Shown: positions 10,700 through 21,989 of the stretch, one piece after another
Position numbering within the stretch: position 1 is the stretch's first letter
Layout of the letters: every line of letters starts with the position of its first letter
Assembly: GCA_049999805.1 (NCBI GenBank)
Contig: JBNGIO010006081.1
Coordinates: 1 to 42,255, forward strand
Source of the DNA: Folioceros fuciformis
Lineage: Eukaryota
Direction of reading: 5' to 3'
DNA length: 42,255 bases
Translations under genes and position numbers: made by a program
Notes under the pieces: generated by a model
Database searches by the model: none
Told to the model about the DNA's origin: nothing
What the model saw: the letters and a program-made list of their open reading frames with translations, nothing else

Positions 10700-12412
10700 T
10701 CACCTACTGAGCTGCTGATCACATTCTGAATGCAGCGCTATGATAAAAGCCACCAGTGGTTCTTCTACATCCAGGAATTTGTCCTTCATGAGCGTCGTTT
10801 CCCCTCTATCCGTGACCACAATCACCTTCTGCTTCCGGGTCCGCAGCTCGTTGGCTACCACAGCGTGCATGCCGTACTTCTGTCGGGCAGCTTCAGCCTT
10901 CTTGACCAAGATCTCCAAATCAGTCTCCAACTGCAACCAGCAGGTTTCACCACTGCCGTCACTGCAACCAAAACCTAACCTCCGCAGGGCAGTAGGTGAA
11001 AGGGAACCTTGAAAGAAACACAGATGGCCTTTGGTGCCCATTTTTGCCTCAACAGCGTTAGCATCTTGGGAACAGGTGCCAGCTGCAGATCCAAAGGGCC
11101 CGTGCCTGATTGAATCTTGTGCTCCTCCTGAGGCCAGAGATACAGCTAACATTTGTGTGAATCTGTTTGGAACAGCACTAGAAACGAGTGAGTGAGCGGT
11201 GAAGCATATCATACCATGCTTTCCCAAGGCACGTAAAAGTCAGAAACCGCTGCAGCTAAGAAGAACAAAGCTCGAGAGTCCAGCTGACTCAGGGCTGATG
11301 CAACCGTTCGAAGAATCTGCAGCAAAAGACTCGAATCATCTGCATTGCTTTGTCTGAGAGCAGGCTTAGCTGTACAACGATGGCCACAGGGCAAGGGCTC
11401 CCGCAGGAGAGGGTAGACTGATGGGGAGGAAGGTAGTACTTGTAGATACTCGAACAGTGTGCTGTATTGCAGGGTGAGAAGATCCCCATTCTTGATTGCC
11501 TACAAACAAACAGCCCCACAGCTGAAGACATCTTCCACAACCTTTAAACTCGGCAACTTTGGCAAATCGTATGCAAGAGCAGAAAGTAAACCTGCGGTGA
11601 TGAATCTAAGGGAGTACCAAATGATGCTCCCTAACTGCTTCCTGAACGATATCGGCATACTGTGGACTCGCTGCAGAAGACAGCCAGCGCGCTGGATTAA
11701 TATAACGCCTAGCTCACAGGTACTAACCAACAGAGATGAGAGACCGACGTTGGATGGCTTGATCCTTGGATGCTTCGAAGCACTCGAGAAGTGGATTCTC
11801 TGGGAGAAATCGGCAGAACGGATGTGCCGATCCTCTGCTGAACGAAGCCATGGACAAATTGACAGACAGCCTTGCATGCAATATGCCTAAAACTCAGCCT
11901 GCAAACCGAAATGGCTACCAACCATCCCTTCACTGACCTGCGCTGGATGAAAACAACAGCGTATCCTGCCTTCAGGAAGTACCTGCAAGCTCTCAGAAAA
12001 AGCAGTTTGACCGCTAGAAACGATAGGCTGCTGCCCAGATGATCTCAATTTTCACTTAGGTGACTGTCCTCACTCGGTAGAAGCAGCTCCACGATGTCCG
12101 GAGCTGAAATTGTCGATGAACCGAACGCATCGCCGCTCCAGGGGCACGCTTGTGCCTCCTGAGGTTACACAAACAACTCTCCTCTGCGACACAGTCATCT
12201 CACCTGCAAGTTCCAACAGATCACACTGTCAGCCTGTCCAAAGCACAGACCAACAGTACAAAGGCCGTGGAGAGTGCCATGCCTGCTTCCCCACGATTCC
12301 GGACGACAAAACTGTGGACCAGATCAGAAATTTTCTGTCCATCTTGCAGCGGCGGCGCGGAAGAGAAAAACGCATCTGCCTCTGCCACAATCGTACAACT
12401 GTCGAGAGCCAT
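10700..12412 (-). CDS. PPCS: Phosphopantothenate--cysteine ligase (CoA biosynthesis), multi-exon
   Basis: Exon fragments: 'FFSSAPPL', '[36 protein letters not shown]', '[14 protein letters not shown]', '[19 protein letters not shown]', '[29 protein letters not shown]'. Not all internal exon borders were resolved. Confidence 0.92.
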
Positions 12413-12616
12413 GGCAAGCGGAGGTTGCCGCTTCCCTGGTCAGGTAATCCTCCGTCTCTCTGTGAGGTTAAGACTAAAACACGGGGTTGGAGATAACAGA
12501 ATGGCCACATGTCTTGCCTTCTGGGCCTCTCATTTCGTGTGATGAACGAAGAGCACCACATAGGAGAGTTGGTTCCGTGACGAATTCGTCCTCCTCTGAG
12601 AAGCGCAACTCGCAGA

Positions 12617-13555
12617 ATGGCTGTGGCCGCTTTGCAGATAAGCAGCGGACTGATTCTGTGCCGCAGCACGGAGCTACTTCAGGATCCGACGTGTTGCAAC
12701 AGAGTTTTCCTGAGGGAGAGGACGCCTAGGCCACAGGAATGGGAGAATTGCGTCCTGGCGAGCTCGAGATGCGCGGCTCCGAAGGGTCTTGCTATCAGGG
12801 CAGATGATTGCAGACCACCGGCTGCATCAGCACCTCGAAATGGACAGGTTTGGTGTGGTGAAGGATTGGTAGGTGGGGATGGATGTTCGACCATATCCCG
12901 AAGGGAAGCGGGAATTAAGCTGGGAGCAGCTGCTCTGGCCTCGCTTGTAGTCTTACCAGCGACAGATGCTGCCATTGCTGTACAGCAGACTCTTCTTGCG
13001 GGGCGCATCCCGGGACTATCCGATCCGGACAGTGACGGAAGGAGAACATATCGCAGACCCGATGCCAAGTCCGGTGGCCACGGCGTTGGCTGGAGTCCCA
13101 TCATTCCCTACACCTTCAAGGTTCCTGGTGACGGATGGCAAGAGGTTCCCGTTTCCATCGCTGATTTAGGAGGCACCGAAATCGATTTGAGGTTTGCTAA
13201 CTCTCGGGAAGGGAATCTGTCTGTGATTGTGGCTCCGGTTCTCCGATTTTCAAGCACCCTCGGAGACAACGCTACTATTGAAAAGGTTGGCAGCCCTGAG
13301 ATGGTGATCAATGCGTTTGGGCCAGAGGTGATTGGGAAGAATGTGGAGGGACTTGTGAAGGACATCAACGTGAAAGAGTACGAGGGAAGGAAGTACTACC
13401 AATATGAACTGGAAAACCCTCATGTGCTAATAAATGCCACGGCAGCTGGTAATCGGTTGTATTTGCTGAGCGTCTCGGCCAACGGCAGGCAGTGGAAGAA
13501 GTTCGCTCCTACCTTGAAGGAGATCCTCGACTCCTTCAGGGTGGAGTCTGCGTGA
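12617..13555 (+). CDS. PPD4: PsbP domain-containing protein 4, thylakoid lumen; intronless
   Basis: Transit peptide plus twin-arginine 'ISRREA' and a hydrophobic AxA signal; mature part 'RIPGLSDPD..TYRRPDAKSGGHGVGWSPIIPY..PVSIADLGGTEIDLRF'. Confidence 0.88.
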   Translation: MAVAALQISSGLILCRSTELLQDPTCCNRVFLRERTPRPQEWENCVLASSRCAAPKGLAIRADDCRPPAASAPRNGQVWCGEGLVGGDGCSTISRREAGIKLGAAALASLVVLPATDAAIAVQQTLLAGRIPGLSDPDSDGRRTYRRPDAKSGGHGVGWSPIIPYTFKVPGDGWQEVPVSIADLGGTEIDLRFANSREGNLSVIVAPVLRFSSTLGDNATIEKVGSPEMVINAFGPEVIGKNVEGLVKDINVKEYEGRKYYQYELENPHVLINATAAGNRLYLLSVSANGRQWKKFAPTLKEILDSFRVESA

Positions 13556-14084
13556 CTGTGACGATGCCCAGCAGAGATCAGACGAGCTTGGAAGATTTTG
13601 TTGATTGATGCAACGATGGAATTTCTGGTTGTTTTGACTGTGTGTAACTGGAAGGCTTTAGTACCTCTCTACCTAGCTAGAGATGTTCCCCGTTTTCCCA
13701 GCGTCCTACAGTGTCTGTGATGCCAAGTCGAGTATGCTATATGTACTATAGATGTGTCTCTGAACACGCGCTGCCGTATCATCACTGTATTCCCGCAAAC
13801 TGTAATCCTTCGTGGAAATGAAATCTGTGTCGCAGAAGCATAATACTTGATGGTCAATTCTGGTGCTCAGCTTGGAATCATTCTCTTTGTCGTAAAGAGG
13901 AGACGCAGTAAGTGCGAAGGAAATGGAAGGAGCGCCATCCTTCACGAAGATCTTTTCGACGAAGTTACCAAGTTTAAACACCACCAACAGAGCTGTGTGT
14001 GTGGCTCTCCTTTTTTGCTATGGCTGCTGCTGCATGGGAAGCCTTGACGCTTGCTGATGTACAAGTGCCAGTCGGATATCAGCA

Positions 14085-15398
14085 ATGGGACTGGGTGCTC
14101 TGCCGCTGCTCCTGCCGTCGTCTCTCGGCGCTGTGCATGCGCGTGGGCATCATAGTCGGCCAGCTTTCTGCGTCCCCTGGCAATCTGTGCTGCGTTGTCG
14201 TGCATCCTCCTCCTCCGCAGCATCCAGCTCTTCAGGGACTGGGGATGAGGGACGCAAGCAGTCTTCCTGGGATGCCAAGGACTCTGAAGGCAACGACTAC
14301 CTGTACCGCCTGGGCAAGGAGGCGGACAACCTCAACATCACTGTGGGGGCCAGGGCTGGGTTGATTGATGACCTGTTTGTGGGCGATTTCCTGGGGAAGG
14401 AGTCCGACATTGTGTTCGCATACCGGCAGCAGGTGACAAGGGAGTTCGGGCATCTGCAGGGAGATTACTATATCGCGCCTGCGTTTCTGGACCGGATCAC
14501 CACCCACATTGCCAAGAATTTCCTGGCCGCTAAACTCGATGCCAAGGTGCCACTCATTCTGGGTGTTTGGGGCGAGAAGGGCCAGGGCAAGACGTTCCAG
14601 ACGGAGCTCATCTTCAAGGCTCTGGGCGTGGAGCCGGTGACTCTGTCGGCAGGGGAGATGGAGTCCGAGTGGGCGGGCGAGCCTGGGAAGCTCATCCGGG
14701 AGCGCTACCGGGCTGCGTCTCAGGTGATCCACAACAAGGGCAAGCTGAGTTGTTTGATGATCAACGACCTGGATGCGGGTATCGGCCACTTCGACAACAC
14801 GCAAGTGACCGTTAACAACCAGATGGTGGTGGGGACGTTGATGAATTTGTGTGACGACCCCACTAGAGTGAGTGTTGGGCAGGAATGGAGGGAAGGGGAT
14901 ATCGTCAACAGGGTTCCGATCATCGTCACAGGGAACGATTTCTCCACAATCTGGGCGCCCTTAATCAGGGACGGCAGGATGGATAAGTTCTACTGGCAGC
15001 CCACCAGGGAGGACATCGTCAACATCGTGTTTCGGATGTACAGCAAGGAGGATTTGACGATCCAGGACGTTGAGGGCATCGTGGATACCTTCCCCAACCA
15101 GCCACTGGATTTCTTCGGAGCCCTCCGTTCCAAAACTTACGACCAGCATGTCCTGGACTGGGTGAACATGGCAGCTGGAGGGGCAGCCCAGATGGGATCC
15201 ATCTTGGTTGACAGAAAGAGGGACCAACCCCTTCCGCCCTTCATCGCACCCAAGAAGACTGTCAAGGATTTGATTGAGGCGGGGAGAGCACTGGTGGCTG
15301 AGCAAGAGCTGGTTGAGAGCATGAGATTGTCTGATGATTACATGAAGGAGCAAACTGGCCCTGGAATAGGACTCCCGGACTCGGAAGAGGGCCCCTGA
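14085..15398 (+). CDS. Rubisco-activase-like AAA+ ATPase (the At1g73110-like paralogue, not canonical RCA), chloroplast; intronless
   Basis: Walker A 'GEKGQGKT', 'SAGEMESEWAGEPGKLIRERY', Walker B 'LMINDLDAG', 'TVNNQMVVGTLMN', 'APLIRDGRMDKFYW'; N-terminal 'DYLYRLGKEADNLNITVGARAGLIDDLF'. Confidence 0.9.
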   Translation: MGLGALPLLLPSSLGAVHARGHHSRPAFCVPWQSVLRCRASSSSAASSSSGTGDEGRKQSSWDAKDSEGNDYLYRLGKEADNLNITVGARAGLIDDLFVGDFLGKESDIVFAYRQQVTREFGHLQGDYYIAPAFLDRITTHIAKNFLAAKLDAKVPLILGVWGEKGQGKTFQTELIFKALGVEPVTLSAGEMESEWAGEPGKLIRERYRAASQVIHNKGKLSCLMINDLDAGIGHFDNTQVTVNNQMVVGTLMNLCDDPTRVSVGQEWREGDIVNRVPIIVTGNDFSTIWAPLIRDGRMDKFYWQPTREDIVNIVFRMYSKEDLTIQDVEGIVDTFPNQPLDFFGALRSKTYDQHVLDWVNMAAGGAAQMGSILVDRKRDQPLPPFIAPKKTVKDLIEAGRALVAEQELVESMRLSDDYMKEQTGPGIGLPDSEEGP

Positions 15399-15870
15399 CG
15401 TCGTAGAACATGCAGTAAGGCCCCTCGTGCGCTGTCGACGTAGTGACAACACAGTCCTTGGGTGCTGCTGCTGCTATCTTTGAGACGCTACTCCGGAGTC
15501 ATGAAATGCTTACGAGTCACATCTGGAGGTCTTAAGGCATCTGCTATGGAAGACCGCGAGAAATGCAGGTTCAAAATACAGATTACAGACATGAGGTATG
15601 TGACTTCAGCACCTGTCTGGTGTCGTGAAACATGTGCGGACGCAAAGATCAGGATAGTTCACACTTGTATAGCTGCAATTGCAGTGGATCACAATGTACA
15701 TTGAAAGAGTTACTCTTCGTTCCGTAGGCACGTTATCCAGTGTCCTGCAGGACTCCTAGTTGTATAAGTACATGAAGGATTAGGGCATTTGATACAAATG
15801 AAAGCCACTGCTCGTGATAGCCAGTCTTCCAACAGGGCCATCTCCAGCTCCATGGTCCGAGCAGACTCCA

Positions 15871-16689
15871 CTAGCTGGCCGGCACGACCTTGAGAAGCTC
15901 AATATCGAAGAGCAATGTTTTGTCGATCAGGCCCTGATTCTTCAATACGAAATCCAGAGCTCGCTGGCCCGAAAAGGTGGTCGGCCTGGGGCCGCTCTTG
16001 CCGAAATCGTTGTCAGGGTAGCCGAGCGTTGGGGGCACCAGGATTCTCCTCACTCCGCCAACACGCATGCTCGCAACAGCCTCCTCGAAGGCCGGAATAA
16101 CCTCAGCCTGCCCCAGCTTGAATCTAAAGAAGTCCTTCTCGTTGCCTTCAAACGATCCCCCCTTGGCCTTGTTCCTGGCCTCGAAAATGCGGCCGTAGTA
16201 GCCGATGGTGTAGCCGTCCCAGTCCACCACCACCGTCTCCCCGCGCTGCGGCACAGCCCCAGACCCCTCCCTGAGATCCTTATACTGCAGTCCACTCTCA
16301 GTCTGGGTGTAGTCCGGGTACTTGGTGATGGTCTTGCCGTAATCCTTGCCCCGCAGAGCCGGCATGTCCGTATACTCCCCGGCACGCGCAATCTCCACTC
16401 CTTGCGCAGCCGCAGCCGCCATAGCCGCCGCGCCAACTGCTGCGAATCTACACACGCTTCGCCGGCTGAACACAGCCGATCCATCGCCCTCATCTCCGCC
16501 AGCCCTTCCGCTCTCGATGCCACACAAGGCGCTTGCAATCGGCGGAGTGAAACACCGAGTCTTTGACTTCGCACGTGCACGCGACGGAACCGACGACGAC
16601 AATGAGTGCAAGCAGGACGAGGAGGAAGGGGCCGTCTCCGGACCCGGGGCCGCGGCAGGCAAGGTCGAGCACGAGCACGCCAGCGCCAT
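15871..16689 (-). CDS. FKBP19: Thylakoid-lumen FKBP-type peptidyl-prolyl isomerase (FKBP19-like); intronless
   Basis: Twin-arginine 'FSRRSV' lumen signal; 'DMPALRGKDYGK..YPDYTQTESGLQYKDLREG..DWDGYTIGYYGRIFEARNK..GPRPTTFSGQRALDFVLKNQGLIDKTLLFDIEL'. Confidence 0.9.
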   Translation of the reverse strand: MALACSCSTLPAAAPGPETAPSSSSCLHSLSSSVPSRARAKSKTRCFTPPIASALCGIESGRAGGDEGDGSAVFSRRSVCRFAAVGAAAMAAAAAQGVEIARAGEYTDMPALRGKDYGKTITKYPDYTQTESGLQYKDLREGSGAVPQRGETVVVDWDGYTIGYYGRIFEARNKAKGGSFEGNEKDFFRFKLGQAEVIPAFEEAVASMRVGGVRRILVPPTLGYPDNDFGKSGPRPTTFSGQRALDFVLKNQGLIDKTLLFDIELLKVVPAS

Positions 16690-17199
16690 ATTACCTGTCC
16701 CGCTGCTGTAGCTGCACGACCATGTCTTCGGGGTAAGCCAGTTCTGTAATAGCTCGAACCCGTTTCACACAGCAAGGTCGCCGTGGCTAGCACTCAAACT
16801 GGCCATCCCCTTAGGTCATTCGCTCATCGCAAAATTTGGTTTTGCTTCTTGCGTAGTAGATTACTGGGATGGAGGTAGATTCCAGATGCCTGCTCGATTC
16901 CAGCGCATCGCAGTCTTCTGGAATCCTTGCGCTGGCCTGCAGGGATGGAGCCCTGTAGCTTAGGTCGGCTGTGTCGGAGAACGAAGTGGTCATGAATTCA
17001 GCGCCTTGGATGCCGGAGTGTTGATGAAGTGGTGGAGTGGAGGATCAGGAATGCGGTCCTTTTTGGGTCGAAATTTGAGGTGGGAGGACGGTAAGGATCT
17101 GCAGGAGGAGTGCATTCTGTGCAAGATGGAAGGACGGGTGACCTGGTGCAGCTGAGTCGAGATTCATCGGTGGTGATACGCTGATCTCGGGGAAAGAGC

Positions 17200-20126
17200 A
17201 TGGTGCAGCGCGTTGCTGCCAGCATTGTTAGTGGCAAGCAGCTGCAGCGGCTGTGCCGCCGCATTCTGGTTGGAGATGCCTGCGGGTGGCTGAGTCTGGT
17301 GCAAAATGTGGATGTCGCTGCCGTTCCCGCTGCCTTTCCAGATGGTAGCTGGTATTCTAATGGGACGGGTAGCCTCTGGGGGCATGACATGTCTGTTCGT
17401 GATTCGTCGGAGCTCGGGCACGCAGATTCCAGGGGTGCAGAAGTTCCGTTCAATCACAGCTCTGACTTGCTTAATCGGTGGAAGCGGGTGGGAGCAACTG
17501 TTGATGGGAGGGATTTGGTCAAGGATGATGCCGGCAAATACAGGGCAGCACAGGAGGCGAGATCGGCTCGTGAGCAACGAGGTTTCGGAGTTTTGTATGG
17601 AAAGAGTATTGGAGGATGTGTGAAGTCAGGATACCACGTTTTGTCCCCTTCCATTCGTACTCTAGCCGGCAGAGCACCACTGCAGCTTCAGTTTCAGGAT
17701 TTTGCGCAGTCCAGAGGTATTTTTTTTACTATCGTCTTGCGCTTGTGGCACTCGTTTGAGAGCTATGCACGCCCATGGGGCCTTATGTAATTGTCTTCTG
17801 TTCGCAATCTGCAAGATGGTGGAGCTCTTGATGTCACGCAGAAAGTGATAGTGGACTCTTAACTGCAGTGCATTGCATGCAGTGTTCAGCTCCGATGCGG
17901 TGGAGAGCTCGAAGGATCAGATTCCCGTTCCCGATTCGCATATGCACAGGTACCATTGTGGTTGAGAGAAGCCACATTGTGGTGGGGGGTTGCTGCTTTG
18001 TTTGCAACTGATGCCATTACTTCTGTCTCTGCAGCCAGAGGGCGGTTGTCACAGCTCTGTGGTGCAACCTCTTGGTTTTCAGTTTAAAGATCGGGGTATG
18101 GATGTACACTGCCAGCCATGTCATGCTGGCTGAAGCTGTCCATTCTTTGGCTGACTTTGCTAATCAGGTACGGTAGCCCTCAGCCTCTATGCTTGGATGT
18201 GTTTTGCGGTCATTCTGATACAGTTTTCTCATCAGGGTCTTTTGGCATATGGTCTTGTGAGCTCACGCCGCGCTCCTGACGCCCTCCACCCGTACGTTCC
18301 AAGCATGTGTCTTTGCATCGTGCTGTTATGTGAGAATGTGATCAGCGAACACCAATTGTTTGCTTCTCTTACCTGTTAATCTGGGTTGTTAGATATGGCT
18401 ACCAGAAGGAGCGTTTTGTTTGGTCCTTGATTTCTGCAGTTGGTATATTTTGCCTTGGCTCTGGTGCGACAATTGTGCATGGCATACAACATCTCTGGGA
18501 TGCCCAGGTGACAGTTGTTCTGCGTACGTCATTTCAATGAGAGTTTAGGTTCTTTAGCAGTTCTTTGGTGGGTTTCCCCTTGCCTCGCATCACCTGTTTT
18601 GCTCTTGTTTGCAGCCTTTGGAGCATGTGGGCATCGCAGCCGCTGTGATCGGAGGCTCAGTAGTGATGGAAGGTGACTCCAGATGACAACTCCCAGTTAG
18701 TGTTAATGTACCCATGAATTGTGTTCAGATTTTCATATCGCAGGTTGGGTTTACCTTGTGTCTGCTTTCCTCTCCTAGGGGCTTCACTCCTGGTGGCTCT
18801 TAGTGCTGTGCGAAAAGGGGCTGCAGCAGAAGGCATGACCGTGAAGGAGTATCTTTGGCGAGGTCATGATCCTACCTCGGTTGCTGTGCTCATGGAGGTA
18901 ATGCCTAATGGGAATGGTTTGTTTCTAAGTAGCTTGTGGCGAACAGCTTCCTTTTCTTGATTCCGAACTGAACTTCTTACCTGTGACTCGTATCACTCTG
19001 TGGAGCAGTCATCAATTTTCTCAAAGTTTAACTGCGACGTTAATAATTGCAGGATGGTGCAGCCGTAACCGGACTGGCTATTGCTGCCGTGACTTTGGCA
19101 GCTGTTCAAGCAACGGGCAATCCAATTTGGGATCCTATTGGTTCTATCGTGGTGGGGAATTTGCTTGGGGTGGTAAGTTGCAAGCGTTAGTTTCTATCGT
19201 GATGCAACAGATCTTCATGACGCTGACTGCCTGATGTCGATTGGAGGTGTTGCTTGTGGCATTCACGAGTTGAAGGTTGTGTGGGCAGGTGGCGATTTTT
19301 CTTATTCAAAGGAACAGACAGGCACTCATCGGTCGGTCTATTGAAGATAAGGACATGAAGAGGATCATGAAGATGTTGTCGAGTCACTCGGTATTGTAGT
19401 GCTGGTCACACACTCTTTGCGTTCCTCTGTTTTGCTTTGTTCTGTTAACAGCTTGCCCTCAACTTCCCCTGAAAATAGGTGGTTGATGCCGTCTATGACT
19501 GTAAAAGCGAGGTGATTGGCCCAGGGCAGTACAGGTTCAAAGCTGAAATAGGTTCGGTACCCTTGCCCTTGGCAATGCTTTCAATTGTATCATACTCGTA
19601 AGGATCGCGTAGCACTGATTTTCAATACCCTGTGCCCTGAAGATTTCAACGGAGTTCAGATCGTACAAAACTACCTGGAAAGAACTGGTCGGGCTGCATG
19701 GATAAGAGAGGTACGCGAAGTGCTATCATGTGAAAGTTATGTGCTTGAGACTGGCGATGGCTGAGCCCATTCCTTCCACCGTCCCTTTCAGTTCACGGCG
19801 GCAGTGAATGATCCGAGAGACGGCGCTATGGACATTGTGATGGCAAATTATGGTTTGCACTGCACCTGCAACCTCCCCCATTAGCCTTGACAGAATTGTG
19901 GGAGGAATGTAAGCTTTTGGGTGAGGATACCTGACGCCGGTCTTCGTCTCTCCTTTCAGGAGAAGAAGTTGTGTCGGCCATTGGAAGTGAAATCGACAGG
20001 TTGGAGAAGGAGATCCAGCTTCTTGTACCCGGCATCCGGCACGTTGATATTGAGGTCCACAATCCAAAGGGTCCTACTCCAAGGGAAAAGTTCTACACCA
20101 ATTTCATGGATGAATTCGGGAAATGA
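17200..20126 (+). CDS. MTP7: Metal tolerance protein C4 / MTP7 (CDF family, ZnT9-like), many short exons; start codon uncertain
   Basis: Exons translate to 'HSQRAVVTALWCNLLVFSLK..SHVMLAEAVHSLADFANQ', 'SRRAPDALHPYGYQKERFVWSLISAVGIFCLGSGAT', 'DPTSVAVLMEDGAAVTG', 'KAEVIGPGQYRFKAEIDFNG', 'PGIRHVDIEVHNP'. Stop TGA at 20124-20126. Confidence 0.9.
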
Positions 20127-20333
20127 CCCAATTCTTCTTCGAGTTAACACCCGAGTCTGGGAAAAATTATGTGGAGAATTACAGTTGCAGGCACAAATCT
20201 TATAAATGTCTGGAATGTGTTTTTAGTCTTCATACAAACTGTTTACGATTTCTGTACATGAACAATCCACGAGGCTGCACTACTTCACGAGATTGTGTGA
20301 CAAGGCAAGGAAAGCTCCGCGCGAGCTGTGTCT

Positions 20334-20981
20334 CTACTTCTTCCATTTCTTAAACTTCTTGCCACCGAAAAAGCCCTTCTTCCCCAATTTGAAGTGCCCT
20401 TTGTGCTTCCCATGCTTGCCATGAGAGTAGTGTCCATGTCCCACCCCGTGTCCATGCTTGTGATCACCATGCCCATGTGACTGTCCCACAACGTATCCGA
20501 GTCCAAACGGCGCAACACTGTGCGACATGTCGTGGCCGCCGCCATGAGCCTTCCCAGGCTTAGAACCTGCACAAAAACAAGGCACCGCAACTGGTACTCA
20601 AATCTGGCCAAGCATGGAGATGAAAACACCACGACAGAGAGCTCCATTACCATGTCCTCCAGCAGAAGAATGCGCGCCAGCGTAGCCAGCCGGAGGATAG
20701 CCAGCGGGAGGGTAACCAGCAGGAGGATAGCCAGCCGGCGCCGGGGGATATCCAGGAGTGGGCGGGTAGCCAGCAGGAGGATACCCGGCCGGAACCGGGG
20801 GCGCGTGTCCGTACGGAGCTGGGGCCGGAGGATAGCCTGGCTGGCCGGGAGGAGGATAACCCCCGGGAGCATAGCCCCCAGGAGGATACCCTGGCTGCCC
20901 CGGAGGAGGATACCCCGGTTGCCCGCCCGGGTAGCCATAGCCACCGCCAGGGGGAGGGTATCCTGGCTGCCGCGAATCCAT
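20334..20981 (-). CDS. Glycine- and proline-rich protein (GPRP/XYPPX family); exons 20981-20651 and 20566-20334
   Basis: N-terminal GYPP repeats and C-terminal His/Gly/Lys region 'HGKHGKHKGHFKLGKKGFFGGKKFKKWKK'; phase-1 GT-AG intron. Confidence 0.85.
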
Positions 20982-21581
20982 CGCACTCGGCAGTCACAAA
21001 GAGAAGACGTGCTCTTGCTCAAAAATCCGTGTCGCCACGAGAGATCACGCACTGGCACTAGCGCTCCGCTCCGCTGCGGATCTGTTGCACCTCACAAACA
21101 ACCTTTGAGAGCTGAGCCTCTCGAGTCCGGGACCTGGGAAGACTACGTCGGGATCAAGCGCGTTACAGTCCTCGACGCGTTCACGGACCCTGGCCCATGT
21201 CAGTATCTCGTTCCATATCGTGGCTGCTGATTCCTCCGAATGCACAGCAGCGGGGCCCTCACAAATGACGTCACCTCGGCTCCCCGATCCGCGGCGTTCC
21301 CATGCTGCAGTAGTGTTACCACCTTTATCCGGTAATTCTCCATTTCCGAGTAAGTAGCCTACTTCATCAAGCCCAAGGAATTTTGACCGAAGACTCGCTC
21401 AGCTTTTGAGCATCTACATGCGCTGTACAGAATGTGCGGCATCTATCGGCCCGCACATTGAACTGTGTGTACCCGGCGGTGCGGCCAAGCGACCATCGTT
21501 TCTGAGGGCACCCGTCCATACTGGGTGTCAATGTTTTCTTAAGAAGCTGGGTTTTCTCTTTGTTCCCACCCATCTTGGGCA

Positions 21582-21697
21582 TCAATACCTTTCTTAAGAG
21601 GCTGGACTCTATTTGCCTCCATCTCCATCCATTTGTTCTTCAATAGCTTTCTTAAGAGGCTGGACTCTATTGGCCTCCATCTCCATCCATTTGTTCT
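21582..21697. repeat. 58-bp near-perfect tandem duplication
   Basis: TCAATAnCTTTCTTAAGAGGCTGGACTCTATTnGCCTCCATCTCCATCCATTTGTTCT occurs twice. Confidence 0.9.
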
Positions 21698-21880
21698 TGT
21701 CCTAGAGTTTCATAATTTGGGACTCATCTTTTCTGAAGGCTTTTGGGACTACATGTGTCCCTACTAAGAAAACAGGATCAGAGACAAAGTGGAGTCAGCC
21801 CTCCACAGAGATTCCTTCATTTCTGAGCCTTGTCTTCATTCTTGCACACGAAGGGAGTGAGAGCTTAGCTTCTAACTTGA

Positions 21881-21936
21881 CTTCAGCATTACACCAGCAA
21901 CATATGGTTCCATATGTTGCTGGTGTAATGCTGAAG
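21881..21936. repeat. Perfect inverted repeat: 27-bp arms with a 2-nt loop
   Basis: CTTCAGCATTACACCAGCAACATATGG-TT-CCATATGTTGCTGGTGTAATGCTGAAG; the arms are exact reverse complements. Confidence 0.97.
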
Positions 21937-21960
21937 GGAGGTAGGGCATTGACGTACTCC

Positions 21961-21989
21961 GTCTAGTCTAGTCTAGTCTAGTCTAGTCT
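21961..21989. repeat. (GTCTA)n pentanucleotide microsatellite, ~5.8 copies
   Basis: gtctagtctagtctagtctagtctagtct. Confidence 0.95.

Noticed and set aside
12540-12600. TGATGA...CTGA, possible C/D-box snoRNA
   Set aside because: No terminal stem or recognisable rRNA guide; it lies in the PPD4 5' region and such motifs occur by chance.
15814-16793. Long overlapping ORFs (250 aa on +, 247 aa on -) over FKBP19
   Set aside because: GC-rich shadow/alternative frames with no recognisable motifs.
20285-21230. 257-aa and 236-aa ORFs overlapping the GPRP gene
   Set aside because: Alternative frames of the GYPP repeat DNA.
21920-21945. 'CTGAAGGGAG' similarity to miR319/159
   Set aside because: Only about 10 nt match, extending outside the hairpin arm; no full mature sequence or long precursor.
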